The notes beneath the pieces were generated by a model. That model ran no database searches and was not told where the DNA came from. It saw only the letters and a list, made by a program, of their open reading frames with translations. DNA of 64,000 bases from Chiloscyllium plagiosum (lineage: Eukaryota). The translations under genes and the position numbers were made by a program. Location of the stretch: positions 105,400,493 through 105,464,492 of the forward strand of contig NC_057718.1 of assembly GCF_004010195.1 (NCBI RefSeq), read 5' to 3'. Shown here piece after piece: positions 24,897 to 38,339 of this stretch. Numbering within the stretch: position 1 is the first letter of the stretch; the number at the start of each line of letters is the position of its first letter.

Positions 24897-26710
24897 ACAT
24901 GAGAAATTGTTGGGGATAGGATCAGGGAAAACCCTAAAGCCTTCTATAGGTATATAAGGGATAAAAGAATGACTAGAGTAAGATTGGGGCAATCAAAGAC
25001 TGTAGTGGCAAGTTGTACGTGGAGTCAGAGGAGGTAGGGGAAGCAATAAATGAATACTTTTCATCAGTATTCACACTGGAAAAAGACAATGTTGTCGAGG
25101 AGAATACGGAGAAACAGACTAGATGGGATAGAGGTTCACAAGGAGGAGGTGTTAGAAATTCTGGGAAGTGTGAAAATGGATTGATCTAGGATTCTCTGGG
25201 AAGCCAGGGAGGAGACTGCCAAGCCTTTGGCTTTGATCTTTGTCGTCAATGTCTACAGGAATAGTAACAGAAGACTGGAGGATAGCAAATGTTATTCCCT
25301 TGTTCAAGAAGGGGAGTAGAGACAACCCTGGTAAATATAGACTAGTGAGCCTTACTTTGGTTTTGGGTAAAGTGTTGGAAAGGGTTACAAGAAATAGGAT
25401 TTATTATCATCTCAAAAGGAATAAGTTGATTAGGGATAGTCAACACGGTTTTGTGAAGGGTAGGTTGTACCTCACAAACCTTATTGAGTTCTTTGAAAAG
25501 GTGACCAAGCAGGTGGATGAGGGTAAAGCCGGTAACGTGGTTTATATGGACTTCAGTAAAGTGTTTGATAAGGTTCCCCATGGTAGGCTACTGCACAAAA
25601 TACGGAGGCATGGGGTTGAGGGCAATTTAGCGGTTTAGATTTGAAATTGGCTCACTGAAAGAAGACAGAGTGGTGGTTGATGGGAAATGTTCATCCTGGA
25701 ATTCCGTTATGAATGGTGTACCGCAAGGATTTGTTTTTGTCCACTGCTGTTTGTCATTTTTATAAGCGACCTGGATGAGGGTGTAGAAGGATGGATTAAT
25801 AAATTTGCGGATGACACTAAGGTTGCTACAGTTATAGATAGTGCTGAAGGATGTTGTAGATTACAGATGGACATAGGTAAGCTGCAGAGCTGGACTGGGA
25901 GGGGGCAAATGGTGTTCGATGCAGAAAAGTGTGAGGTGATTTACTTTGGAAGGAGTAACAGGAATGTAGAATACTGGGTGAATGATAGGATTCTTGGTAG
26001 TGTAGATGAGCAGAGAGATCTCGGTATCCATGTACGTAGATCCCTCAAAGTTGCCACCCAGGTTGATGGGGCTGTTAAGAAGGCATATGATGTGATAGCT
26101 TTTACTGCATTAGTAGAGGGATTGAGTTTCAGAACCATGAGGTCATGCTGCAGCTGTACAAAACTCTGGTGAGGCTGCACTTGGAATATTGCGTACAGTT
26201 CTGGTCGCAGCATTACAGGAAGGATGTGGAAGCTTTGGAAAGGGTTCAGAGGAGATTTACCAGGATGTTGCTTGGTATGGAGGGAAGGTCTTACGAGGAA
26301 AGGTTGAGGGACTTGAGACTGTTTTCATTAGAGAGAAGAAGGTTGAGAGGTGACTTAATTGAGATATATAAGATAATCAGAGGGATAGATTGGTTGGATA
26401 GTGAGAGCCTTTTTCCTCAAATGGTGATGGCTAGCACGAGGGGACATAGCTTCAAATTGAGGGGTAATGGATATAGGACAGATGTCAGAGGTAGTTTCTT
26501 TACTCAGAGTAGTCAAGGTGTGGAGTGCATTGCCTGCAACAGTTATAGACTCGCCAACTTTACGGGCATTTAAATGGTGACTGGATAGGCATATGGACAA
26601 GAATGGAATAGTGTAGGTTAGATGGGCTTCAGATTGGTTTCACAGGGCAGTGCACCATTGAGGGCCGAAGGGCCTGTACTGCGATGTTATGTTTTATGTT
26701 CCATGTTCTA
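24897..26710 (+). mobile_element. CR1/HER1 LINE ORF2 3' portion with tail
   Basis: ORFs 25240-25638, 25687-26172 (KFADDTK) and 26145-26573. Frameshifted. (tatgtt)n-like tail at about 26686-26710. Confidence 0.93.
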
Positions 26711-27269
26711 GGTTGTAAGACTGAAGAAAGAGGTTTTTCAGGTCTAAAACAGGAGTGCTATCATTAATAAAAGTGGAAATTACTAGAGAAACTCCGTACG
26801 TTTGGCAGCATCTGTGGAGGGAGAAACAGAGTTCAGATTTCAAGTCTGATATAACTCTCCTTCTGAATTAAATGTTTGCTGATAAGTGGGATGTGCATAT
26901 GGAATTAAGTTAGAAAATAAAATATCACTTTTTTTTTAAATGTGGAATTTCTTACATTTGGGCAAAATTTGACATTCAGCAAAGATAAAAGTACTTATTC
27001 AGAGCAAATGTGTTCAGGAGTGATTATGAACTTTTTAAACCTCATTCAACAGCATGCAAAGTTTTAAGGGTTTTTACAAATAGATGAAGAGTGTAAGTTT
27101 TCATCAGTTTATAGATTCCCAACTGATTGCAGTATGGAGAATTTCCTTGTATCCTCTGGAGATCTTTCTGAATTTAACTGCACATCACCAGACTCCAGAA
27201 GTTCTTGTCAGTTCGAAGGAGAAATGATGCCAAATGCTGATCGTTTTCTTGGTATTACTTTTAAAAATC

Positions 27270-28640
27270 TCTTTACTGGATGTGGACTATCTCAGCTATC
27301 ATCTATTACGCGACCTCGTTGCTGAGAAAATGGTGATGAGTTTCATCCTTGAACTATTGCAGCCTGTGGTGTGAGCACACCCAGAATGCTTTTAGAGAGG
27401 GATTTTTGGGATTTGGTGGGATTCAGCAGTACTGATGGATGGCTACTGTTCTTGTTCTTCTAAATGGTAGGGATCATGGGTGCTGTCTGAAGAACCATGG
27501 TGAATTATTGCAGTACAGCATGTCAATCATACACACTGCTCCACTGTGCACTGGTGGAGGAACAGTGTGATGACATTGTTAGATAGGACCCAAATAAGAG
27601 GCCATTTTGTTCTGGTGTTGAGCTTCTTCAGTGCTGTTAGAGCTGCACTCCAGGGACTTGAGTATTCCATCACAATTCTGACTTACAAACATATGAAATA
27701 AGAGCAGAAGTAGGCAGTTTGGCTAGGGATCTGAGGAGGAGACAGAAATGGATTGATCACTGACTGAAAATGCTTACAAATGGTTAAGCCATTTCTTTTG
27801 TATTGATGTGCCAGATCCCCCATTGTTGAGCACATGCATATTTATGAAATCTCCTCCTCCAGTGAGTCATTTGTCTAGCACAGTTCACAAATGGATGTGA
27901 CAGGACATAAAATGATGGAATAATATAGTACAGAAGAGACTCGTCAATTATCGAGTCTATACTGCCAAAAATACACTACTACCTACATTTTTCTCCACTA
28001 GGTCCATAGCCTTGAATGTCATGACATTTCAAGTGTTCATCCGAATACTTTTTTACTTCTGTGCTTAGCTTTGATCTGTTGGCTATAGGATCACTTAGCT
28101 TTGTCGATTATATGTTGCCTCGGCTGCTTGACATGCAAATAGTCTTGTGTTGTAGCTCCAACAGTTTGACACTTTGTTTTTAGACATGCCTGGTGCTGAT
28201 CCTCCTGCACTCTTCATTGAACCATATTTGATCCCTTGGCTTGATGATGATGGAAGTTTGGAGGGTATCACAGACCATGAGAGTACCAACTGTGGTTGAG
28301 TACAATTTTGCTGCTGATGATAGCCCACACTGCCTTACAGATGCCTAGTTTTGAGTTGCTAGATCTGTTTGAAATCTACCTATTCACCATATTGGTACTG
28401 CCATGCAATCCAAAGGAGCATATCCTCAATGTGAAGGTAGGACCTCACCTCCACAAGGACTCTGGAGTTACTCCTACCAATTCTATCATGAACAAATACA
28501 CCTGCAACAGGAAGACTGGTTAGGATGAAATAGAGTAGATTTTTCATTCTTGTTAGTTCCCTAATCTGCTGCAAACTCTAGCAGCAATGTCCTCTAGGAC
28601 TTGGCCAACTTGGTCAGTAGTGGTGCTTCCAAATTTGTTC
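27270..28640 (-). mobile_element. Old LINE remnant, probably related to the element at 38340-40400
   Basis: Reverse-complement similarity to segments of 38340-40400; heavily decayed, with a CR1 tail fragment inside (about 27915-28050). Confidence 0.5.
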
Positions 28641-29310
28641 ATCTCCTGAGGCCAGAGTTGTTGGAGGGTGCTCATTGTCCATGCTTGACCTCATGTCATG
28701 AAACTTTATGGGGTCACCTGGAAATTCATTCCCAATCGTATACTAATGTGGTTCTAAGTCTGGTGGTGAGACCATGGTTATTTTAAATCATCTTTTTAAA
28801 AAATCAGTTTGTCTGGATGTATGGCATTGTTCCCAATGTAAAACTTCATTCCATGTTCAGTTTGGTGCTGAATATGTTCTAAGCAATGAAATCATTATGA
28901 AATCAAATTATATTATTGATAAATGTCATGAAAATCTCACTGGCATATTAGAAAATGAATTAAGGATGCAAGCTGAATTCATTATTTTAATATTGTCAGC
29001 AATAAAATACCAAACACAATTGCAATTTAAGTGAGGCCTGATAAAATGTGTGTTTTGTTTAATGTGTAATTTTAGTGTGTGGTGGAAGTCACGTCTAAGA
29101 AGAGTCTTAATAGGCCTGATGTCGATCAAAATGGACTTTTGACTAAGATCTTGATATCTTTATAGAAGTCTCTATTAAAGAATAAGAGTTATTCTATATT
29201 ATATGATCCATCTCTCCTTCTATATTATCAATCTTGTACTGAATGGGACATTTAATGTCCCCCGCCCCGTCCCTTCAGAATTCCTATTCTCAATGCTTGG
29301 AAGATATGAT

Positions 29311-29413
29311 TCGGAGATGCCGAATCACCTGATGAAGGAGCGTCGCTCCGAAAGCTAGTGTGCTTCCAATTAAACCTGTTGGACTATAACCTGGTGTTGT
29401 GTGATTTTTAACT
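29311..29413 (+). mobile_element. Penelope-derived mini-insertion with a hammerhead-like core
   Basis: CTGATGA-aggagc gtc gctcc-GAAA-gctagtgtgcttc. 14-bp TSD ttggaagatatgat (29297-29310 / 29414-29427). Confidence 0.85.
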
Positions 29414-31764
29414 TTGGAAGATATGATGCTTCTTGTAGACATTCTGAGAATTCTACTCTGTGATTAGCTACTACAGTGAGCTCTGTCACTTGTGTCTCTG
29501 ATTTTTTTCTCTCTCTCTTTCCTGTGATGAAGTTCTCAACCTACTTAGCACTTCTTTTGTAGTCTTTATGATTTCAGTTAAAGTACTCAGTATGCTGATT
29601 GTCTTTCTAGTTTAACTATTAAATTCCCTTTGGCCCATATCTGATCATACAGTATGTCAAAAGGTACTTTACATCTTTTAGATTTGTGTAGCTAAACATA
29701 CCCATTTACGACGAAAAGCTCTCATTAACTGATAAAGGCAATGCACTTAAAACTGTTTTAATTAAATTGGCATCTTTAGATTGCTACATTGGTGGCACGC
29801 TATCCAGCTAAATGCCTACAAGCAAAAAAGCTTCCATTCTGTTGAAGTGTCTGTTTCTGCAACAATGGAACTTCAGGAACTAAAGGGCAGTTGCTAAGTT
29901 CTGTATTAGAGAGTGCACTGTCTACTGTCCCCTTAGTAACACCCTGAAATAGGAGTTCTGATCTGTCAATCATGTTTTCAAGCTATACATTTAAGTCATG
30001 TTTGTAATGAGCCTTCCCTTTTATCTTCATTGCCTCCAGGTATTTCCTGTTAATTTTCAGGACTTGAACTCAAGTTCATACTCTTCTATATTGCTTAATA
30101 CCCAGTAAGACAGGTATACGAGGCAAGTAAACATTAAGCTTCCCTGCCTCCAGCTATTATTGTCAGTGTCACTAAAGTTTCTATGCTACAATTAACACAA
30201 AAATATGCCTTCTCTATCAGGGTTACAATTTCCAAACATTCTCTTCATTACTTTGTTTGTCAGATCACATGGAATTGAAGAAACCCTATACATTTTCTTC
30301 ACCTTATTGCTGATATATTGTGCTGTCATGACAACAATTTGTTAACATTTTGAGATATATCAATAATATCTTGTTTGCAAGATAGAAATTCCTGGCAATA
30401 TTTGGTACTTAAAATTTAAAGACAGATTTGAAGAAATCAAATTGTGTTGAAGCTTTCTTTGAGCATTGATGTGGCAAGCCTTTAATTAGTAGGAAAGCTC
30501 AGCAGGTCTGGCAGCATCTTTGGAGAGAAATCAGAGTTATTAAAAGAAATCGAGTGACCCTTCCTCAGAACTCAGAACTTGAGAATTAATGGAATTCCTT
30601 TAACATGTAGCACAACAGTACCTTGGGAACAGTAGGATTTAGTCTACTTCTGCATGTTTTAAATGTTGTTGACCTTCTTGGTACATTTGGCACGGGGACA
30701 CCCCCAAGAGGATGGGTTGATCTTCCTTGTTTTCTACCTTTCCATTGATCAATAAGCAGGGGTTGTATACCGGCCGGTTGCTCCTACTGTGTGCGAGTCA
30801 GTTACTGATGGTTTCCTTTTGGTCTGTGAAGATTGGTTTCTCACTGTCTCAGTCTGGGTCTAATGTAGATGCCAGAACCTAAGGAGGAGATATTAGTGGG
30901 AAATATTTTTGGAAGGCAAAAAAAGTTAAAGGGTTTTAAGTACATACTTGTTAGAATTTTCTCTTGAAAAAAAGAACTTTCCTGTTGATTCAGGTTGGAA
31001 ATTTTGCAATATTGATGCTATGTTGTCATTTAATATATGGAATCATCAAAAACTTGGCCAGTGCCATATGACAATATCTGTAACATAGGTGATTTTGCAG
31101 CATCGTATAGACCTGTACCTTGCCTATGTATTTGATTGCTGTGTTGACTGAAATCTGTTTGAAGTGTTCTAGTTTTCAAATCTTTGAAGAGTCTATCTAC
31201 AAGGCAGCCTTGAGGGATACAGGTGGCTCTGCATGTATCTATGCTGCCTTTTACCTTGAAGATGACAGAATAGTTTTTCTTTCTGGCCACCGCCTCAGAG
31301 GCTTCCCTATCTCAATAATTGTTGTCATAATAGAGTATTTTTGACAAGCAGAATAATCTAGTTACCAGTCTGACTGATAGTATGAATGTTTTACAATTGC
31401 AACAAGAAAATGTTTCTGATCAGCAAGAAGTTATCTAGCTGCCAAGAAATAGTGATGGCTGAGCTTTTACTGATGTTTTACTGTTCTTTGAAGCTGGGGT
31501 TTTTCCGGCAGTGTCTCCTTCGTGTTTATTTCGTAGTATTTGAGGAGAGGTGGTGGTGTAGTCGTCATGCCATTGGACTCGGGCCCATATATGACTCCAA
31601 ACTGTCAGAAATCTGGTTAACCCTTAAGTGCCATGAGAGCAATTATGGATGAGCAGCAAATGCTGGCTGAGCTAGTGATACCCACAGCCCAGAAGACTTA
31701 TTTTAAAAATTGCATACAAACTTTTCTTGTACAAGCAGATACTATTGACTTCAATATTGTCCTG

Positions 31765-32096
31765 CTGAGGACACTTTATGGTTACAGTAGGGAATTTTAA
31801 CTTTTCAAACATAGACTTGGACTGCCATAGTGTTAACGGTTTAGATGGAGAAGAATTTGTTAAGTGTGTACAAGAAAATTTTCTGATTCTTTTTATGGAT
31901 GTACCTACGAGAGAAGATGCAAAGCTTGACCTCCTCTTGGGGAAAAAAGGCACGGCAGGTGACTGAGGGGTCTGTGGGAGAGCACTTTGGGGTCAACGAC
32001 TATAATTCTATTAGTTTTAAAGTAGTGATGGAAAAGGATAGACCAGATCTAGAAGTTGAACTTCTAAATTGGAGAAAGGCCAATTTTGATGGTATT
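31765..32096 (+). mobile_element. CR1 ORF2 endonuclease-region fragment
   Basis: Peptides VGNFNFSNID...GEEFVKCVQENFL...LDLLLG and GEHFGVNDYNSISF. Confidence 0.85.
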
Positions 32097-33101
32097 AGAG
32101 TCATAGAGATGTACAGCATGGAAACAGACCCTTCAGTCCAACCCATCCATGCCGACCAGATATCCCAACCCAATCTAAACCCACCTGCCAGCACTCGGCC
32201 TGTATCCTTCCAAAGCCCTCCTATTCATATACCCATTCAAATGCCTCTTAAATGTTGCAATTGTACCAGCCTCCAGCACTTCCTCTGGCAGCTCATTCCA
32301 TACATGCACCACCCTCTGTGTGAAAAAATTGGCCCTTAGGTCTCTTTTATATCTTTCCCCTCTCACCCTAAACTTATGCCCTCTAGTTCTGGACTCCTAC
32401 ACCCCAGGGAAAAGACTTTGCCTATTTACCCTATCCATGCCCTTCATAATTTTGTAAACCTCTATAAGGTCACCCTTCAGCTTCCAACACTCCAGGGAAA
32501 ACAGCCCCAGTCTGTTCAGCCTCTCCCTATAGCTCAAATCCTCCAACCCTGCCAAATCCTTGTAAATCTTTTCTGAACCCATTCAGGTTTCACAACATCT
32601 TTCCGATAGGAAGGAGACCAGAATTGCACACAATATTCCAACAGTGGCCTAACCAATGTCCTGTACAGCCGCAACATGACCTCCCAACTCCTGTACTCAA
32701 TACTCCATGGGGAACCTTGTCAAATGCCTTACTGAAGTCCTTATAAATCACATCTATCACTCTGCCCTCATCAATCCTCTTTGTTACTTCTTCAAAAAAC
32801 TCAATCAACTTAATGAGACATAATTTCCCATGCACAAACCATGTTGACTATCCCTAATCAGTCCTTGCCTTTCCAAATATATGTACGTCCTGTCCCTCAG
32901 GATTCTCTCCAACCACTTGCCTACCACCGACGTCAGGCTCATTGGCCTATAGTTCCCTAGCTTGTCCCTACCACTTTCCTTAAACAGTAGCACCAAGTTA
33001 GCCAACCTCCAGTCTTCCAGCACTTCACCTGTGACTCAGTAAGAGGCCCAGCAATCACTTCCCTAGCTTCCCACAGAGTTCTAGAGTACACCTGATCAGG
33101 T
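32097..33101 (-). mobile_element. CR1 LINE 3' part with internal RT deletion
   Basis: Tail (ctctatgact) at about 32097. Minus ORFs 32175-33023. DKVPHG is joined directly to the post-RT region at about 32700. Confidence 0.9.
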
Positions 33102-33302
33102 CTGAAACTTTATTGCTGGAACAGCACAGCAGGTCAGGCAGCATCTAGGGAACAGAAGATTCGACGTTTCGGGCACATGCCCTTCTTCAGGAAGCCCGAA
33201 ACGTCGAATCTTCTGTTCCCTAGATGCTGCCTGACCTGCTGTGCTGTTCCAGCAATAAAGTTTCAGCTTTGATCTCCAGCGTCTGCAGACCTCACTTTCT
33301 CC
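33102..33302. mobile_element. Penelope-derived fold-back mini-element
   Basis: Perfect 73-bp inverted repeat (33102-33174 / 33194-33266). 15-bp TSD tacacctgatcaggt (33087-33101 / 33303-33317). Confidence 0.92.
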
Positions 33303-36300
33303 TACACCTGATCAGGTACCAATTCCAAATGAGATGATGTTTGCCTTGGTTACGTTGCGGACGTTCTCTGGGACTGGTATCTGTATAGTGTGACCTGCAA
33401 CCAGTGGGTTTGAATTACATTGTCAGTAGGATTGTATTCTGTAATAAAGGAATTCTATACAGATATGCCTGTACTCCTGGATACAGTCCCATTCCCAGAT
33501 GGATAATTTATACTGGTATGATGGAGTTTGTTTTCTGTTCACGTCAGTAAGATTGCATACAAAATTTGAAGTTCTCAAGAGGGTCAGTAGTTTGTCATAA
33601 CACCTTTTGAACATGGCCCCGTGCTTTTGGTTGTAGCTAAATTGCATACACTAAAAGCCCAATCATTATGAGACAACTGTCTTCACTGTACTTGGGACAT
33701 AACTTTCAAATTATAGTGATGATATTTCATCAGTATGTTTTCAACCACTTTACATTTATTAAGTGTTCCAACCTAGATCTTTCAACCTCCAAGCAATATA
33801 CAATAACGTGTGCAAAAAAATGTGTAAATGTTTATAATTTTGCATGTTGTGAAGAAAATCATAAAGCTTCAGCGTATCAGATTAGTCTTTTGAGTACTTA
33901 AACTGTCCAACCTAAAGGCCTTTCTTTTGCCTTGTGATGAAGTTAGTAGCAAAATAGCACTAAAACACCACTTCAACCAATCAATGGGCAGGATCCTGTT
34001 ATGGCAGCAGAGATCTTGCAGCTGACTGGAGAGGCTGTGATAGAGACATGCTGCTACTTCTGGATGTTCGACCAAAGCACACCCCAGTCAGACTCTGGTG
34101 AGGTCATCAACAGGCCACCTGGAATTAAGATCCCAGGGGAGGCAGTCCCACATTTCGAGAGCAATTAAATGCTAGCAGTTCTTGCATTTGTACTGCTGGA
34201 AGAGCATCCCTGGAGTTCCAGAATCATGGCAAACCCAGGAACAAAATAAATGATTTGTTGATGTGAGGTGCAATGAATATAATAAATTGCCTTCTTAAAG
34301 CTTCTTACAGCAGAAGGCAGACCAAAGTTATAGCCTCAATGTGGACCAGCAAGCTGCTCGATTTAATATTACCTCATAGCTAGCACATTTGCATTATATC
34401 CAATGTCAATTCTGTGACCGTTGCAACCCTTAAGCCATCTGCCTGCCTGAACTTGCCACTGCTCCAGCTACTTTATTGTGAGATATCTGGTAAAGGCTGC
34501 AGTGTCCTTCTTTCAAAGCACTTATGCAATGTTCACTTCTCCAGTAGTTTCTTGATGCATCAAAATAAAGCATCTCCTTAAATTCAACAATATCAGTTTT
34601 GATTTTGAATTAGGATTGTTTCTAATTCAGTTCAACTAAATCGTAGATGGTTGGTAGATTCTTGACAAGCAAGTGGGTAAATGGTTGCCAGGAGTAGTTC
34701 AGTATTTAAAGTAATCAGAACTGCCATGATCATACTGAATACAGATGAGACTTCAAGGACTGAGTGGTCTACTTCTGCTCCTAATTTGTTTGTTTAATAA
34801 AGGATTTGCAGCTTATGTATAAATGAATGCTGGGGCTTCACTCTATCAATAATGGGAAGGAAATGGATTCACTTGCCATCACCCTCCCATTGCCCACCTA
34901 ACATTACATCTTGGCCCTAATCACTATATTTATGACTTATCCATTTAATTTGAGGCAGCTATTTTGAATCAAACTATCTTCAGTATTCATGCTGAAAACT
35001 ATTTAAGTGCTACTAGAGTTATCAAGAGAAGTATTTGCTCCCCTGTTTGGATTTTTGAAAGGGTTGAAAAAGTGATGACAGGAATGGTGAAACTTTTAAT
35101 TTATGAGAAAAGGTGCACAGAATTTGTGAAAACTTACTGTCAGTACAGAAGATTGGGAAAGTCACAGTCACAGATGTAAAAATGCTGAAAGGCATTGATA
35201 ATATGCATGTAAATACATTATTTAACTTCTGCAGTGAGAGTAGAACACAAGGAAGACTATCGAGATAATGAGCCTCAAGCAAGACATTTTAAAAAGTTTT
35301 ACATGTGGTTATTTTCTTCCCTCAGTTTAAATAAGCTGGCAAAAGTTCATGATCATGAATTGAATATGATCTGATGTTTGCTTACTTGTATTTCCAATTG
35401 TTGATTTTTGTAATATATGTTTGGTAGTGGAATTTTTTTACATTGCTGGTCCATATCATTTCAGAGTTTAAAGTTTTACTTTCCCTGGTTTTGTAAAGGA
35501 TTGAATTTCCAGACAGTTCCAGAAGGATCCGAATGAGTAATGTGTTCTATGAATTTTATTGGCTGCATGATACCAGGTATGTAGGCTGTTGACCACTAGT
35601 GTCAAGTAGCACATCCGTTCAGCTGTTCACAACAACCAAGATACTGATCATACCCAATCAGTATGATTGCACTTGCAAACCTCACAACATGCCTGCTGTT
35701 CGACATGACTCTGCAATTGGATTTGTTGGATAATCCTGAATCTGCAAGGAATTAAACTGATAATCAATTCAGATTTGTTAGTCAGGCTTGCAGTGTCATA
35801 TACTTGTGTGTAGTAAAAAGCTGCATATATTGTTACATAGGACCCAGTTATTTGTAGACAGAAAGAAACTGTTCATCATTGCACCTGTTTCAATAGGAGA
35901 CAGCTAATTACTTGTTCATTTCTCAGGGAAATGCCCAAATCAATCTGAGTCAACCTGCCTGGTTTAACATATAAATAAAGTCTGGCTGTTAGCTGTCAGT
36001 TAGCAGTAATGGGTGCATTCTTTATGACAACCCCTCTACCAATCAAAGTCTATTTTGCTAACCAACTCTCTTGTCATGCTGTATAAGTGCTGTTTTTTCC
36101 CCATGAATTTATATTCTTGTGAAGTGTGCTAAGGAGTGAAAGGTAAAAAAAAACTTTACCAAAAGGTGACTTTCTTTTAGGAATACTCAAGATTTATATT
36201 AATGAGTATGGGAATAGTTTGGGAAAATGGCATTGAGCAAGATGATTAGCCCTGATTTAGTATGGGCAAACAAGCTCAGGGGCTAGCTGCCCTATTCCTC

Positions 36301-36489
36301 CTATGTTCCTATCTCACTTTGGTTTTAATGCCACGATTGGATCATTCAGCTGCCCAGCTAAATATCTGACTGCTCTCAGCAGAACAGTAACATTGATCAA
36401 TGGTCAGCAGGAAGATAATCCTGCAATGGTCCTTAAATTATCTCCCATCCTATCAGTTAACTAATAATACGTTCTTGAGTTGTTCACTA

Positions 36490-37115
36490 TGTGATGATGC
36501 TTTGACTTTAAGAGGTGTACTTTGTACTTTTTTTAATGAAGAAAGGTTGAGACAGAGGTTCTGAGCTGTATGCTCAAAGCCAATAAACAGCTTGTGAGGC
36601 CTTGAGTTTTTTTTTAAAGTTGGAATAGAAGCAGCCTAAATGTGTGGGGTCACATTCCCACAGAAATAGGATTTTTAATTTTGCTTTCAGCAGTTGCTGG
36701 GGTCTTGAAGCTGGATGTGGAAGCTCTGATTCCTTTCTCTGGAACATTAGTACTGACTGACAGTTCAACAGCTAGGCTTTATTTCTCTTGCTGCTAGAAT
36801 TGCGTATGAGACAATTGATTTTACTGAATTTGACTTTTCCAAAGGTGTGTTTATGGGATGTTAGTATATTGGAACAGTTAGTTAGTAATGTTAAGTGTTG
36901 AAATAAAGATACAGGTAAGCCCATTCTTTTATTTTTGTTTTGTCTGTATTTTAATTGTAGTGCAAAAATAAAATGTGTTTTGCTTAAAGTTGAGTAGTTT
37001 GACCAATCAAATTGCATCTGGAATGCAACACCTTTCACTTACCTTTAAAATAAGAAAAGGTTAAAGTCTAAGCTATCTTTTTAATATATATTGAGATTTG
37101 GTCTGGTTCATAACA
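36490..37115 (+). mobile_element. Solo LTR (Gypsy-like termini)
   Basis: Starts TGTGATG, ends CATAACA. 4-bp TSD ACTA (36486-36489 / 37116-37119). Internal AATAAA signals. Confidence 0.7.
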
Positions 37116-37929
37116 ACTACATTCACCTATTACTGTGTTAATAAGTACATGTGATAAGTTTATATGTTTTTGCTATATCAGAATTATATGGAGGAAAATT
37201 TGCATTTTTCACAATCTGATAATTTGATGCAAATGTCCACAAAAAGTTAGAATCTTTTGTGTTAGGAATAAAATTTTAAGAATTGAAAAGAATGGTATAA
37301 GATCATTGGAAGGTTGACTTTCAGTTGAAGGTCACTGTTTGAATTTCAGTCCCAGGATTCATTCTGGGGGGAGGATTTAATTATGGATTAATTCTAAAAT
37401 TTCTACATATTCATCCTATCAATATCTGTGATTGTGCAGATTTGGTTTTATAGTAAAACCAGTAAACTTTCTCACTCAGCAGGGTCAGAAAATGTGTGTG
37501 TTGGGAGAATGAAATTTCAATTCTCTGGAGGCGATATAGAAATCCTATTGTGCCATAAATGAGATAAAAAAGATAACTACTGGTTGAAACTCCAGAAAGA
37601 ACAGACTTGATTTCTGCTTTGTGCGCATTTTGTACTTCACGTTATATAGACATATTTGATATCCATGGTACTATCACTGTCATGCGGCGTCCACGGAATG
37701 CAAGTTATTAGAAAATATCTGTTTTGTGTTCAGCCGACTGCAATTCACAGTAACTCCAATTAACATAATTTTTAATTTATTATCCTTAATCGCAAAAGTA
37801 GACAGACAGAGCAAGTTATTCCTGAAGTGTTGATAGCAGTAGTTTATAATTAACCAATTTTGACCTGATATCTATTAGATTTCCTAAGGATAGAAATTAA
37901 CATTCTTATTTATTAAAGAAAGATGTTCT

Positions 37930-38182
37930 GAGAGGTGGAGAAATTTCTTCACCCAGACAGTGGTAAGTTTGTGGAATTTGTGACCACAGAAAGCAGTTGA
38001 AGCCAAAACATTGTATGATTTCCAGAAGAAGTTGAATATAGCACTTGGAGCTAAAGGGATCGAAGGAGAGGGGTAAAGCAGGAATAGGCTATTTAATTGA
38101 ATGATTTGATATGGTCATAACGAATGGGTCGAGCAGGCTCGAAGGGCCAAATGGCTATCTCCTGCTCCTACTTTCTATGTTT
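37930..38182 (+). mobile_element. CR1 3' end fragment
   Basis: Relic FFTQ.VV.LWN motif and CR1 3' UTR ...cctgctcctactttctatgtttc. Confidence 0.7.
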
Positions 38183-38339
38183 CAAACAACATCCAAGTGC
38201 CAGATGCCTGCCACAGATGCATCTGTCCATGAAGTGTCGGTAAGAGAGACCATCACACAATTCTTGTGGAGACAAAGTCCCACCATCACATTGAGAATAC
38301 CATCCAGCATGTATGTGGTACTTTCACTGTACTAAATAG

